A stretch of 64,000 bases of DNA, from assembly GCA_965214705.1 (NCBI GenBank), contig CBDCCI010000002.1:1088001-1152000 (forward strand), written 5' to 3'. A model generated the notes under the pieces. It had not been told where the DNA came from. It worked only from the letters and a program-made list of their open reading frames with translations, and ran no database searches. The position numbers and the translations under genes were made by a program. This DNA is from Alphaproteobacteria bacterium (lineage in GTDB: Bacteria > Pseudomonadota > Alphaproteobacteria > UBA828). Numbering within the stretch: the stretch's first letter is position 1; each line of letters starts with the position of its first letter. This document shows positions 44,175-53,164 of the stretch, one piece after another.

Positions 44175-44527
44175 TGCCGACACTGACGCCTGAGATGGTT
44201 CCGGGTCTGGTCGCCGGCGGTGCGTCCTGCCGGATGGACGTGGACGTCGCGCCGAAGTTCAAGGTCGGCGACGCGGTCAAGGCCCGCGACATCAACCCCG
44301 TGTCCCACACCAGGCTGCCGCGCTACATCCGCGGCAGGACCGGACGGATCGCGCGCGATCACGGCGTCTTCGCGTTCCCCGACACGTCGGCTGCTTCGGG
44401 CACCCACTGCGACCCGCAGCACGTCTACAGCGTCCGCTTCGAGGGGAGCGAGCTCTGGGGCGACCACGCGAATGCGAACGCCTGCGTCTACATCGATCTC
44501 TTCGACGACTATCTCGATAGCGCATGA
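44174..44527 (+). CDS. Nitrile hydratase beta subunit, C-terminal SH3-like half (split gene)
   Basis: FKVGD.V, HTRLPRYIRG (second conserved beta Arg), FPD, Y.VRF...ELWG, DLFDDYL; own RBS (GGGAGAG) and TGATG coupling to the upstream half. Confidence 0.88.
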   Translation: MPTLTPEMVPGLVAGGASCRMDVDVAPKFKVGDAVKARDINPVSHTRLPRYIRGRTGRIARDHGVFAFPDTSAASGTHCDPQHVYSVRFEGSELWGDHANANACVYIDLFDDYLDSA

Positions 44528-44898
44528 GCGACGCGCCATCGGCCGACGACCTGCCGAAGCTTCCCTGGGAGGCTGAAGACGGGCCGGTCTTCAAGGAGCC
44601 GTGGGAGGCGACCGCTTTCGCCATGGCGGTCCGGCTGTCGGAGGCCGGCAAGTTCACCTGGTCCGAGTGGGTCGACTATCTCTCGGCGGAGATCGCGGCG
44701 GCGAAGCGAAGCGGCGATCCCGATCTCGGCGATCGCTACTACGAGCACTGGCTGAGCGCGCTCGAGAAGCTCGTGATCGACAAGGGCCTCGGTTCGGAGG
44801 CGGAGCTTGCCGGCCTCAAGCATGACTGGACCGAGGCGACGATCCACACCCCCCACGGCAAGCCCATCGAGCTGAAGAAGCGGACACCGGCCACCTGA
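44524..44898 (+). CDS. Nitrile hydratase accessory protein (P14K-like cobalt activator)
   Basis: PVF.EPWEA.AFAMAV.L, FTW.EW, YYEHWL.ALE, TPHGKPIEL; ATGA overlap with the beta C-half. Confidence 0.9.
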   Translation: MSDAPSADDLPKLPWEAEDGPVFKEPWEATAFAMAVRLSEAGKFTWSEWVDYLSAEIAAAKRSGDPDLGDRYYEHWLSALEKLVIDKGLGSEAELAGLKHDWTEATIHTPHGKPIELKKRTPAT

Positions 44899-44961
44899 TC
44901 GGGCAGGCGCCGGTGCCGCGCGGATACGATTGCGCCGGTCGGCGCAGCGAGGAGACGACAA

Positions 44962-46146
44962 GTGCCAGGACCGCTCGACGGCTACCGCGTCATCGACCTC
45001 ACGTCGATGGTCTCGGGCCCCTTCGCCACCATGATGCTGGGCGACCAGGGCGCCGAGGTGATCAAGGTGGAGACCATTGGCCAGGGCGATCACACGCGCA
45101 CGGGCAGCAACCGCTCCAACGGACTCGCCTCGGGCTTTCTCAACGTCAACCGCAACAAGCGCTCCATCGCCGTCAACCTGAAGGACCCGCGCGGGCGCGA
45201 CGCCCTGGTCCGGCTCGCCGAGGGCGCCGATGTCTTCATCCAGAACTTCCGGCCGGGCGTGGTCGAGCGGCTGGGAGTCGCCGAGCCGGACATTCGGGTG
45301 GCAAACCCGGAGATCGTCTACGTCTCGATCAACGGGTTCGGCGAGAGCGGCCCCTACGCGCACAAGCGGGTCTACGACCCGATCATCCAGGCTGCGTCGG
45401 GCCTGGCTTCGGTCCAGGGCGGCTCGGACGATGCGCGCCCCCGCCTCGTGCGCACGATCCTGCCCGACAAGCTCACCGGCGTGACCGCAGCGCAGGCCGT
45501 CACCGCCGCGCTGCTCGCCCGCGAGCGCACGGGCGAGGGCCAGCACGTGCGCCTCTCCATGCTCGATGCCGTGGTCTCGTTCCTCTGGGCGTCGGACATG
45601 GGCGGCCAGACCTTCCTGGAACAGGCGCCGACGGAGCAACGTGCCGCGAGCTTCATCGACCTGATCTACGAGACGAAGGACGGCCACATGAGCGTCGCCG
45701 TGATGAGCGATCAGGAATGGGTCGGACTCACCCGCGCGCTGGAGCGGCCCGAGTGGCTGGAGGACGCGCGTTTCAAGACGCCGGCGCTCCGCGACGAGAA
45801 CATCGACGATCGCCTCTCGCTCACCCAGGAGGTGTTGCGCACGCGGACCACCGACGAGTGGATGGAGCGGCTGGAGGCCGAAGGCGTGCCCTGCGCGCCG
45901 GTGCTGACCCGGAGCGCGCTGGTGGAGCACCCGCAGGTCGCCGCCGCCGGCACGCTCGTCGAAGCCGACCATCCCGTCGCCGGCAGGATGCGCCAGGCGC
46001 GGCCCGCGGCGCGCTTCGAGGCGACGCCCAGCGCGATCCGCCGCGGCGCGCCTCTGCTCGGCGAGCACACGGACGAGCTGCTCGCCGAAGCCGGGCTTTC
46101 CGCCAGCGAGATCGCCGCGCTGCACGACGCCGGCGTCGTCGCCTGA
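44962..46146 (+). CDS. CaiB/BaiF family III CoA-transferase
   Basis: GPL.G.RVIDL, GP.A...LGD.GAEVIKVE, NRNKRS, QNFRPG, GFG..GP, catalytic-position Asp in LPDKLTG, APLLGEHT. Confidence 0.92.
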   Translation: MPGPLDGYRVIDLTSMVSGPFATMMLGDQGAEVIKVETIGQGDHTRTGSNRSNGLASGFLNVNRNKRSIAVNLKDPRGRDALVRLAEGADVFIQNFRPGVVERLGVAEPDIRVANPEIVYVSINGFGESGPYAHKRVYDPIIQAASGLASVQGGSDDARPRLVRTILPDKLTGVTAAQAVTAALLARERTGEGQHVRLSMLDAVVSFLWASDMGGQTFLEQAPTEQRAASFIDLIYETKDGHMSVAVMSDQEWVGLTRALERPEWLEDARFKTPALRDENIDDRLSLTQEVLRTRTTDEWMERLEAEGVPCAPVLTRSALVEHPQVAAAGTLVEADHPVAGRMRQARPAARFEATPSAIRRGAPLLGEHTDELLAEAGLSASEIAALHDAGVVA

Positions 46147-46162
46147 GACCCCCACGTTCCCC

Positions 46163-47707
46163 ATGAGCTGGGAGAAGGAGGTCGACGAGCTCGCGCGCAA
46201 GCGAGCGCTCGCTCAGGCTCAGGGCGGGGAAGAGGGCGTCGCCCGTCAGCACGCCAGGGGACTGCTCACGATTCGTGAGCGGATCGACGCCATGCTCGAC
46301 GGCGGCTCGTTCAAGGAGCTTGGCGGCGCCTCGGGCGATGCCACCCGCGACGATGAGGGGCGGCTCACAGACTTCTCGCCGGCCAACTTCGTGCTCGGCT
46401 TCGGCACGGTGGACGGGCGCCGCTGCGTGATCGGCGGCGAGGACTTCACGCTCCGGGGCGGCTCGCCCAACGAGGCCGGCTTGCGCAAGAGCGTCTACGC
46501 GGAGGAGCTCGCCTGCACCTACCGCGTGCCTCTGGTGCGCCTGCACCAGGGCGCAGGCGGCAGCGTCGCCGGCTCCGGCTCGAGGACGGTGGGCACGCCG
46601 GTCAACGCCTCGCCGCGCTTCGCGTCCGTGGCGCGGGCGATGGCCACGGTGCCGGTCGCCTCTGCGGCGCTCGGCGCGGTCGCGGGCCTGCCAGCGGCGC
46701 GCCTCGTGGCCTCGCATTTTTCGGTGATGACCGAAGCGTCACAGGTGCTGGTCGCGGGCCCCGCCGTGGTCGCGCGCGCGCTCGGCCGGCGCCCGAGCAA
46801 GGAGGCGCTCGGCGGGCCGGAGGTGCATGTCAGGAACGGCGTCGTCGACAACCTGGTCGCGGACGAGCCCGCGGCCTTCGCCGAAATCCGGCGCTTTCTC
46901 AGCTACTTGCCGCCGAACGTCTGGGAGCTCGCCCCCTGCACGGCGGCCGACGATCCGGCGGATCGCCGCGCCGAGGAGCTGATCGAGATCGTGCCGCGCA
47001 ACCGGCGCAAGCTCTACGACATGCGGCGCGTAATAATGCTGGTGCTGGACGAGGGCTCGTTCTTCGAGATCGGCCGGCTCTATGGGCAAGGCACGATCAC
47101 CGGTCTCGCCCGGCTCGCGGGCCAGCCGGTCGGCGTGCTGGCCAACGACTGCTGGCACCTGGCCGGCGCGATGACCGCAGCGGGCTCCCAGAAGACCCGC
47201 CGCTTCATCGAGCTCTGCGACACCTTCCACCTACCCATCGTAAGCTTGGTCGACGAGCCCGGCTTCATGCTGGGCACGGAAGCGGAGAAGGCCGGCACGA
47301 TCCGCTTCGGCACCGCCGCCGTGCTGGCGGCGGCAAGCTCGGTGGTGCCCTGGGCGTCGGTGATCGTCCGCAAGGCGCACGGCGTCGCCGTGGCAGCGCA
47401 CTTCGGCCCGGACGGGTTCGTCGTTGCCTGGCCGTCGGCGGAGATGGGCGCGCTCCCGGTCGAGGGCGGCGTGGCGGTGGCCTTCGGCCGCCAGATCGCC
47501 AAGGCCGACGACCCCGTCGCGGAGCGCGAGCGCCTGGAGGAGGAGATGCTCGCGCGGCAATCCCCGGTGCCCCGCGCGGAGAGTTTTTCGTTCCACGACC
47601 TGATCGATCCGCGCGAGACTCGCCCGGTGCTCTGCGACTGGATCGCCCGCGTCCAGCCGCTGCTCCTGAACCTGAAGGGCCCGACGAGCTTTCCCGTGCG
47701 GCCTTAG
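46163..47707 (+). CDS. Acyl-CoA carboxylase carboxyltransferase (beta) subunit family protein
   Basis: GG.EGV.RQH.RG.LT.RERI, DFT.RGGS, LGG..VH..NG.VD, F..LCD.F.LP...VD.PGF, D.IDPRETR. Confidence 0.88.
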   Translation: MSWEKEVDELARKRALAQAQGGEEGVARQHARGLLTIRERIDAMLDGGSFKELGGASGDATRDDEGRLTDFSPANFVLGFGTVDGRRCVIGGEDFTLRGGSPNEAGLRKSVYAEELACTYRVPLVRLHQGAGGSVAGSGSRTVGTPVNASPRFASVARAMATVPVASAALGAVAGLPAARLVASHFSVMTEASQVLVAGPAVVARALGRRPSKEALGGPEVHVRNGVVDNLVADEPAAFAEIRRFLSYLPPNVWELAPCTAADDPADRRAEELIEIVPRNRRKLYDMRRVIMLVLDEGSFFEIGRLYGQGTITGLARLAGQPVGVLANDCWHLAGAMTAAGSQKTRRFIELCDTFHLPIVSLVDEPGFMLGTEAEKAGTIRFGTAAVLAAASSVVPWASVIVRKAHGVAVAAHFGPDGFVVAWPSAEMGALPVEGGVAVAFGRQIAKADDPVAERERLEEEMLARQSPVPRAESFSFHDLIDPRETRPVLCDWIARVQPLLLNLKGPTSFPVRP

Positions 47708-49035
47708 TTCGCCATCGCCCGAGCGCTCTCTCCGAGCGAGCGGCTGAACGGGCAGTCCGGCTTCAACGCTATGCGCTCGTTCGCGAGCGCCTGCGCGAGG
47801 CCGTGCTGGCCGTCGCGCATTGCAGCCTCGATGAGCGTGCGGTGGACGATGTCGCGCTGGGCGTGGCTGCCGCCGAAGGCCTGGGCTCGATAGCGCACGG
47901 GCATCAGCAGGTCCACCGTCTCGCCATAACGCTCGGCGCCGAAGGCGCGGACGCCGCGCAGGATGGGCAGACCCACCTCGCGAGTCATGCGGGCGTTGGT
48001 GCCCGACCCCTCCGCGATCTCCGCCGCCGCTCGCTCGAGCGCATCGGCGGCCCTGTCCCGGCCGGTCGCGACGTAGGCCATCATCGCGTGCATGTCGTTA
48101 AACGCGTAGAAGCCGTGCTCGCCAAGCGTCTCGTAGGTCGCGGTCAGCTCTTCGTAGCGCTCGCCGGTATCGATCCCGCGCAGGCGCAGGCGCCAGAGCA
48201 GCGCGGCGGCATCCAGCATCTCGAGCTGGATTTCCGAGGGCTCGGGCCTGAGCGCGCCGTCGTAAATCTCCAGCACCCGGTCGAAGCGGTCGTTGTCGAG
48301 ATTGAAGAGCGCGACGTGCCACCAGTTGTGGAAGGCGAAGCCGTTGTCGTCCTGCGCCCAGTGGGCCCGGCGCCCTTCCATGAAGGCGATGCCTTCCTCC
48401 TGCCGGGCCTGCATCTCCATGATGTGGCAGACCGCATGCTGCGCCCAGCAATCATCCGGCTCCAGCTCGATGGCCTGCCGGCCGGCGTCCTCCGCCGCGC
48501 CGTAGTCCCCGCATTCCTCCAGGCCGAAGGCGGCCATGCCGAGCAGGAAGCCGTATCCGGGGTCGTCCCGGCTGTAGGCCGGGAGCGCGCGGGCGACACG
48601 GCCGCGCAGGTTGTCCCGGTTGCCGAGGAAGAAATCGGAGAGATGGCCGACCTGGAGCGCCACCACGTCGCGCGGCTCGTCGGCGACGACCCGATCCAAC
48701 CGCGCCGCCATCCCGTCCCAGTCGCCGGCGGCCCAATCCGCAATCGCGGCGATGTGGGCCCGTTCGCGCTCCGAGGCCTTGCCCGCGAGCTCGTTGAGAC
48801 GGCCAAGCATCGCCTTGACGTCGGGCAGCACGCTCTGTTCCCAGAGCATGGTGTGCATCTCGGCGCGGAAGATATGCCCCGCCACGAAGTCCGGATCGTC
48901 CGTCAGCGCCCGATCTATGGTCTCCACCGCATCGCCCCGGTAGCACTGGAACTGGCGTATCGCCGTCTCCAGGATTTCCAGGCTCTTGGGATTGGTCGCC
49001 GATGTGGGCACGCCACGCGCGTCACTCAGGGCCAC
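47704..49035 (-). CDS. TPR-like protein (TTC38 family)
   Basis: GM.AFGLEECG, D.WA.HAV.H..EM, HNWWH.AL, D...LLWRL, FND.H, GGSHAQRD. Confidence 0.8.
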   Translation of the reverse strand: MALSDARGVPTSATNPKSLEILETAIRQFQCYRGDAVETIDRALTDDPDFVAGHIFRAEMHTMLWEQSVLPDVKAMLGRLNELAGKASERERAHIAAIADWAAGDWDGMAARLDRVVADEPRDVVALQVGHLSDFFLGNRDNLRGRVARALPAYSRDDPGYGFLLGMAAFGLEECGDYGAAEDAGRQAIELEPDDCWAQHAVCHIMEMQARQEEGIAFMEGRRAHWAQDDNGFAFHNWWHVALFNLDNDRFDRVLEIYDGALRPEPSEIQLEMLDAAALLWRLRLRGIDTGERYEELTATYETLGEHGFYAFNDMHAMMAYVATGRDRAADALERAAAEIAEGSGTNARMTREVGLPILRGVRAFGAERYGETVDLLMPVRYRAQAFGGSHAQRDIVHRTLIEAAMRDGQHGLAQALANERIALKPDCPFSRSLGESARAMAN

Positions 49036-49129
49036 GGATCTGTCCTCTTGGTCGTCGGGAGCCGCTCAGGCGAAGCAAGCCAGCATTTGGGCGATCCGTC
49101 CAGCCGTTTCGGGTCGCCGCCGGGTGTGC

Positions 49130-50362
49130 TCACGCGGCGCGCACACGCCACGAGAGGCTCGCGGCCAGCGCGGCGGCAACGGCGAGCGCAGCCGTGGCCA
49201 GCAGCGACGGCACCACGTAGCTGCCGAGCGAATCGAAGAGCACGCCGGCGAGCGTCGGGCCCACCATCTGGCCCAGCCCCCAGGCCGCGGTCATCAGGGC
49301 AAGATTGCGGCGCGGATCGCCGGCCGAGCGGTGGCGGGCCTCGATGAGTCCAATCGCCGTCAACCCTACGAAGGTCCCGCCGAGCAGCCCAGACGCGAGC
49401 AGGATCAACCAGATGCCGCCGCCCAGCACGCTGAGCGCGACCCCCACCGCCTCAACCAGGCAGCCGATCGCGAAGGCGCGCTCGTTGCCCCAGCGCCGCC
49501 CGGCCCAGCCCCAGAGCGCAACCGAGGGCGCCGCCGTCAGCCCGACGCAGAGCCAGACCCAGTGCTCCGCCGGCTGCAGCACGGGATCGGCGCGCACCAT
49601 GTCGGCGACGAAGGTAGCCGTGATGACATAGCCGAAGCCGACCAGGCCGTAAGCGACGATCAGCCGGAGCAGGCCGCCGTCGCCTGTGTCGGTTCGGGCG
49701 CTCCGCGGTGCCTGCGCTGGCGCGCGCGGCCTCGGCAGCAACAGCGCGACCGGAATCGAGAGCGCGAGGCAGAGCACACCGCTGAAGAACCACGGGGCCT
49801 GCCAGTCGCTGTCCCCCGACGCCGCCGCCGGCACCGCCAGGGAGGAGATCGCGATGCCGCTGCCGACGCCGGCGTACATCACCGCCGCCCAGCCGTCGCG
49901 GCCGGCGGCAGCCAGCCGGTCCATCACCAGGGAGGACGCGAGCACCATCACCAGGGCGCCGGCTGCGCCACCAACGAAGCGCAGGACCAGGAACGCGCCG
50001 AGGCTCGTCGTGAACGCCATGGCGCCGGTGCTGAGCCCGCTCACCGCCAGCGCGCCGAACAGCCAGAAGCGGGTATCGCCCGGCGCCGCCCGCCACGCCG
50101 CCGCGAGCGCGCCGAGCAGATAGCCCAGGTAGTTGGCCGAGGCGATCAGGCCCGCCTCCGACTTGGCGAGGTCGAGGCCGGCGCTCATGTAGGGCAGGAT
50201 CGGCGTATAGGCGAAGCGCCCGATGCCGATGCCGACCGCCAGCGAAAGCAGGCCGGCCAGTGCCGGCAGCGCCGGATGGCGAGGACGGCCCGGCTCGGTC
50301 ACGGGACCCGCTTCCGGAGACGGCGGCCGCGCATCCGCGCCGGCGGCTCGGGCGCGATCCAT
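49130..50362 (-). CDS. YbfB/YjiJ family MFS transporter
   Basis: GIGRFAYTPILP.M, ASANYLGYL.GA, YAGVG.GI, YG..GFGYVITATF; alternative start GTG 50302. Confidence 0.88.
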   Translation of the reverse strand: MDRARAAGADARPPSPEAGPVTEPGRPRHPALPALAGLLSLAVGIGIGRFAYTPILPYMSAGLDLAKSEAGLIASANYLGYLLGALAAAWRAAPGDTRFWLFGALAVSGLSTGAMAFTTSLGAFLVLRFVGGAAGALVMVLASSLVMDRLAAAGRDGWAAVMYAGVGSGIAISSLAVPAAASGDSDWQAPWFFSGVLCLALSIPVALLLPRPRAPAQAPRSARTDTGDGGLLRLIVAYGLVGFGYVITATFVADMVRADPVLQPAEHWVWLCVGLTAAPSVALWGWAGRRWGNERAFAIGCLVEAVGVALSVLGGGIWLILLASGLLGGTFVGLTAIGLIEARHRSAGDPRRNLALMTAAWGLGQMVGPTLAGVLFDSLGSYVVPSLLATAALAVAAALAASLSWRVRAA

Positions 50363-50442
50363 CGCAAAGAAGCATCCAGGGTGCTAAGACACATACGAGA
50401 CCGCCCGCGTGCGGGTTTCCATGCGCCCGTGACTAAGGAGCA

Positions 50443-50844
50443 ATGCCGATGTCTGCAAGGAGCGTCGTTGAGGGCTTTCTCGGTCAGCTCGCGGGCGGGG
50501 ATGCCGCCGCCATCGTGGCCATGTTTACCGACGATGCGGTGATCGACATGCCGGGCGGCGACGACCTGCCCTGGGCGGGGCGCTGGCAGGGCCGCGTGGC
50601 GATCGAGGACTACTTCCAGGTCATGCCGGCGGCGCTCGCCATGCACGAGCACGTCATCAAGACCTGGGTCGTCGACGGCGACACCGTCTCCGTCAACGGC
50701 GAGGAGGCCGGCTCGTCCAAGGTCAGCGGCAAGCATTACCGCGCGAAGTGGTGCTGGGTCTTCACCGTGCAGGGCGGCAAGATCGCCGTCTGGGACGCCT
50801 ACGAGGACACGCAAGCGCTTTCCGCCTGCGGCCCCTGGCGCTAG
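50443..50844 (+). CDS. NTF2/SnoaL-like family protein
   Basis: GD...IVAMF.DDA, PWAGRWQG, FTV..GKI...YEDT. Confidence 0.85.
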   Translation: MPMSARSVVEGFLGQLAGGDAAAIVAMFTDDAVIDMPGGDDLPWAGRWQGRVAIEDYFQVMPAALAMHEHVIKTWVVDGDTVSVNGEEAGSSKVSGKHYRAKWCWVFTVQGGKIAVWDAYEDTQALSACGPWR

Positions 50845-50856
50845 GCGACCAGCCGC

Positions 50857-52116
50857 TTGGCCGGTGTGGACGAAACCAAGGCTGACGGCGCAGCAGGGGA
50901 CGGCGCGGCGCCCGCCCACATGACCCGAACTCGCTGGGGCGTCGTCGCGATCGCAATCTTTGTAAGCGTCGTCGTCGGCTATGCCGTCGGCAAGGTGCCG
51001 CCCACCATCGGGCTGGTCTCCGATGAGTTCGGGCTGGACCGTGTTACTGCCGGTTGGCTCGCCTCCATCTTCTTCGCCTACGGCGCGGGCTTCGGCGTGC
51101 TGACGGGGATGACCGGCTCGCGCGTCGGCGCTCGCGCGCTCCTTCTGACGGGTGGTCTCGTTCTCGTCTTGAGCGGCATTGCCGGCGCTCTCGCGACCAG
51201 TGCAGCCATGCTGCTCGCGGTCCGCGTCTTCGAGGGGATCAGCTTCGCCGCCATCGTGGCCTCGGCCCCCAAGATCACTGTCGACGCCTCGCGGCCCGAG
51301 GACCGGAACCTCACACTCGGTATCTGGAGCGGCTATATGCCGGGCGGGATGGCGCTTGCCATGATCGTGGCGCCCTTCCTCGCCGAACCGCTGGGCTGGC
51401 GCAGCCTTTGGTGGCTCATGGCCGGAGCGGCGCTGATTGCGACGGTGCTCGCGGCGGTGGGCACCGCGCGCCGGCGCTGGCCCGAGCAGCCGCGCCGAGA
51501 CGCGGACGCGGGCTTCGACTGGGCCGGCGTGCGGGCGACGCTACCGGTTGGCGCACTCTGGCTCTACGGCGGCGCCTTCCTGCTCTTCACGATCCAATGG
51601 TTCGCGATCGCCGCGTGGCTCCCGACCTTCCTGACCGAGACGCAGGGCCGAGGGCCCATCGGCGCCGCGCTCTTCTCGGCGCTGGTGGTGGGGATGAACG
51701 TCACCGGCAACATGATCGGCGGCTGGCTGATGCACCAGGGCGTGCCGCGCTTCGTTCTGGTTGGGGCGGCGAACGTCATCATGGCAGTCACAGGTGTGTT
51801 GATCCTCACGGGCTTCGTGCCGGACGACGCCAAGATCCCGCTCGCAATCGTCTTCAGCGGCGGCAGCGGCATCCTGCCAGCGGCCGCATACGCCGGCGCG
51901 GCGAGGCATGCGCCGAAACCGGATCTCGTAACGATGGCCAACGGCTTCATGGCCCAGGGGGCGGCGATCGGCATGCTGCTCGGGCCGCCGCTGATGGCGG
52001 TCGTGGTCGGCGGCCTCGGCAGCTGGGAGGCCGCCTGGTGGTGCATGCTGGTATGCCCGGCCATCGGCCTCGCCATCACCGCCGGCCTGTTCGGGATCGA
52101 ACGCCGCAGCGCGTGA
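50857..52116 (+). CDS. MFS transporter (CynX/NimT-like)
   Basis: About 12 TM helices, GKVPP, R..EG, G.WS.YMP.G, WLPTFL, G...GPP. Confidence 0.82.
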   Translation: MAGVDETKADGAAGDGAAPAHMTRTRWGVVAIAIFVSVVVGYAVGKVPPTIGLVSDEFGLDRVTAGWLASIFFAYGAGFGVLTGMTGSRVGARALLLTGGLVLVLSGIAGALATSAAMLLAVRVFEGISFAAIVASAPKITVDASRPEDRNLTLGIWSGYMPGGMALAMIVAPFLAEPLGWRSLWWLMAGAALIATVLAAVGTARRRWPEQPRRDADAGFDWAGVRATLPVGALWLYGGAFLLFTIQWFAIAAWLPTFLTETQGRGPIGAALFSALVVGMNVTGNMIGGWLMHQGVPRFVLVGAANVIMAVTGVLILTGFVPDDAKIPLAIVFSGGSGILPAAAYAGAARHAPKPDLVTMANGFMAQGAAIGMLLGPPLMAVVVGGLGSWEAAWWCMLVCPAIGLAITAGLFGIERRSA

Positions 52117-53074
52117 CCCTGATGAGAAATGTGGGCCAGGAGCGCGCGGGTCCGACCGAGCGGCCGGCGAAGATTTCGCCGCGCTGGATAACGAGGCTGG
52201 CCGCCAGCACGATGACGACACCGGGGATGGTGAGCATGCTCGGCAGGCCCTTGCCCAGCGCCCAGTCGATGGCGATGACGAGGGCCGGCAGAATGTAGCT
52301 GTATGACTGGACGCGGGTCGGGCCGATCCTGATGGTGCCCCACTGCATCAGAAACGAGGCGATCACCGTCGAGCAGATCGCGACGAAGACGACCCCACCG
52401 TAGGCGAAGAGTGGCACATCCATCCACGCCGTGGTCCATAGCGCTTCGTTCGCGATGAGCAGGAACCACAGCGCATTGATGGTCGCGATCCAAAAGGTCA
52501 TGACCAACACCGGCTCGCCCCGGTGGAAGAGCTTGACCAGCGGGCTGTAGAAGCCCATCGCCACGCAGCCTGCGAAATAGATCAGGTCACCCTCGTTGAG
52601 GTCGAGGGCTATGAAGCGGTCCCAATCACCACGGAAGACGACCCAGAGCGCGCCGATCAGGCCGATTCCGAGCGCGGCAAGCCGATGCCAGCCCAGCCGC
52701 TCGCCGACGAGGATCGCTCCCGCGATTGCCGTGAGGCCGGGGATCAGGGTCGAGATCGCGCCGGTGTTGAGCGCGCTGGTGGTCCGCAGGCTGTAGAACA
52801 TGCACCAGAAGAACGCGACCAGCGAGGTGCTGATCGCCGCGTAGCCCGCAAGCGTGCGCCAGCCCGGCCAGACGATGCCATGGCGCCAGGCGACCAGCGG
52901 GGCGAAGATCGCCATCGCCAGACCGAAGCGGATGAACAGCAGCGCACCGGTGTTCAACTCGTTGGCGATGGCCTCGCCCACCGGATAACTGAACGATATG
53001 AGGAACATGGCGACGAACACCCCGGCGTGAACGCCGGGCGTGGAGACGCCGCGCGGGGGCTGGGACTCGGTCAT
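52076..53074 (-). CDS. DMT/EamA family transporter
   Basis: Two EamA-like repeats with about 10 TM helices; RF..A, TSALN, GE.L, IGPTR...Y.Y..P. Confidence 0.85.
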   Translation of the reverse strand: MTESQPPRGVSTPGVHAGVFVAMFLISFSYPVGEAIANELNTGALLFIRFGLAMAIFAPLVAWRHGIVWPGWRTLAGYAAISTSLVAFFWCMFYSLRTTSALNTGAISTLIPGLTAIAGAILVGERLGWHRLAALGIGLIGALWVVFRGDWDRFIALDLNEGDLIYFAGCVAMGFYSPLVKLFHRGEPVLVMTFWIATINALWFLLIANEALWTTAWMDVPLFAYGGVVFVAICSTVIASFLMQWGTIRIGPTRVQSYSYILPALVIAIDWALGKGLPSMLTIPGVVIVLAASLVIQRGEIFAGRSVGPARSWPTFLIRVTRCGVRSRTGRR

Positions 53075-53133
53075 GGCGCGCCACCGTGGCGCAGGGTCGC
53101 GCGCAGGTCCAGCGCGGGACACGCGTTCCGGAC

Positions 53134-53162
53134 CTTGAAATCCGGTTGGCGCATCGCCACGT
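53134..53162 (+). promoter_or_regulatory. RpoH (sigma32)-like heat-shock promoter
   Basis: CTTGAA-N17-CCACGT upstream of the small heat shock gene. Confidence 0.55.
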
Positions 53163-53164
53163 GA

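Noticed and set aside
43860-44527. nthB as a frameshifted pseudogene
   Set aside because: The break lies at the domain linker with a proper RBS and TGATG coupling, and both halves retain their catalytic motifs.
43224-44527. Calling the three-subunit enzyme thiocyanate hydrolase
   Set aside because: The alpha-chain sequence (CSCYPWP) and gene order resemble Co-NHase with P14K. The architecture alone is insufficient to call SCNase.
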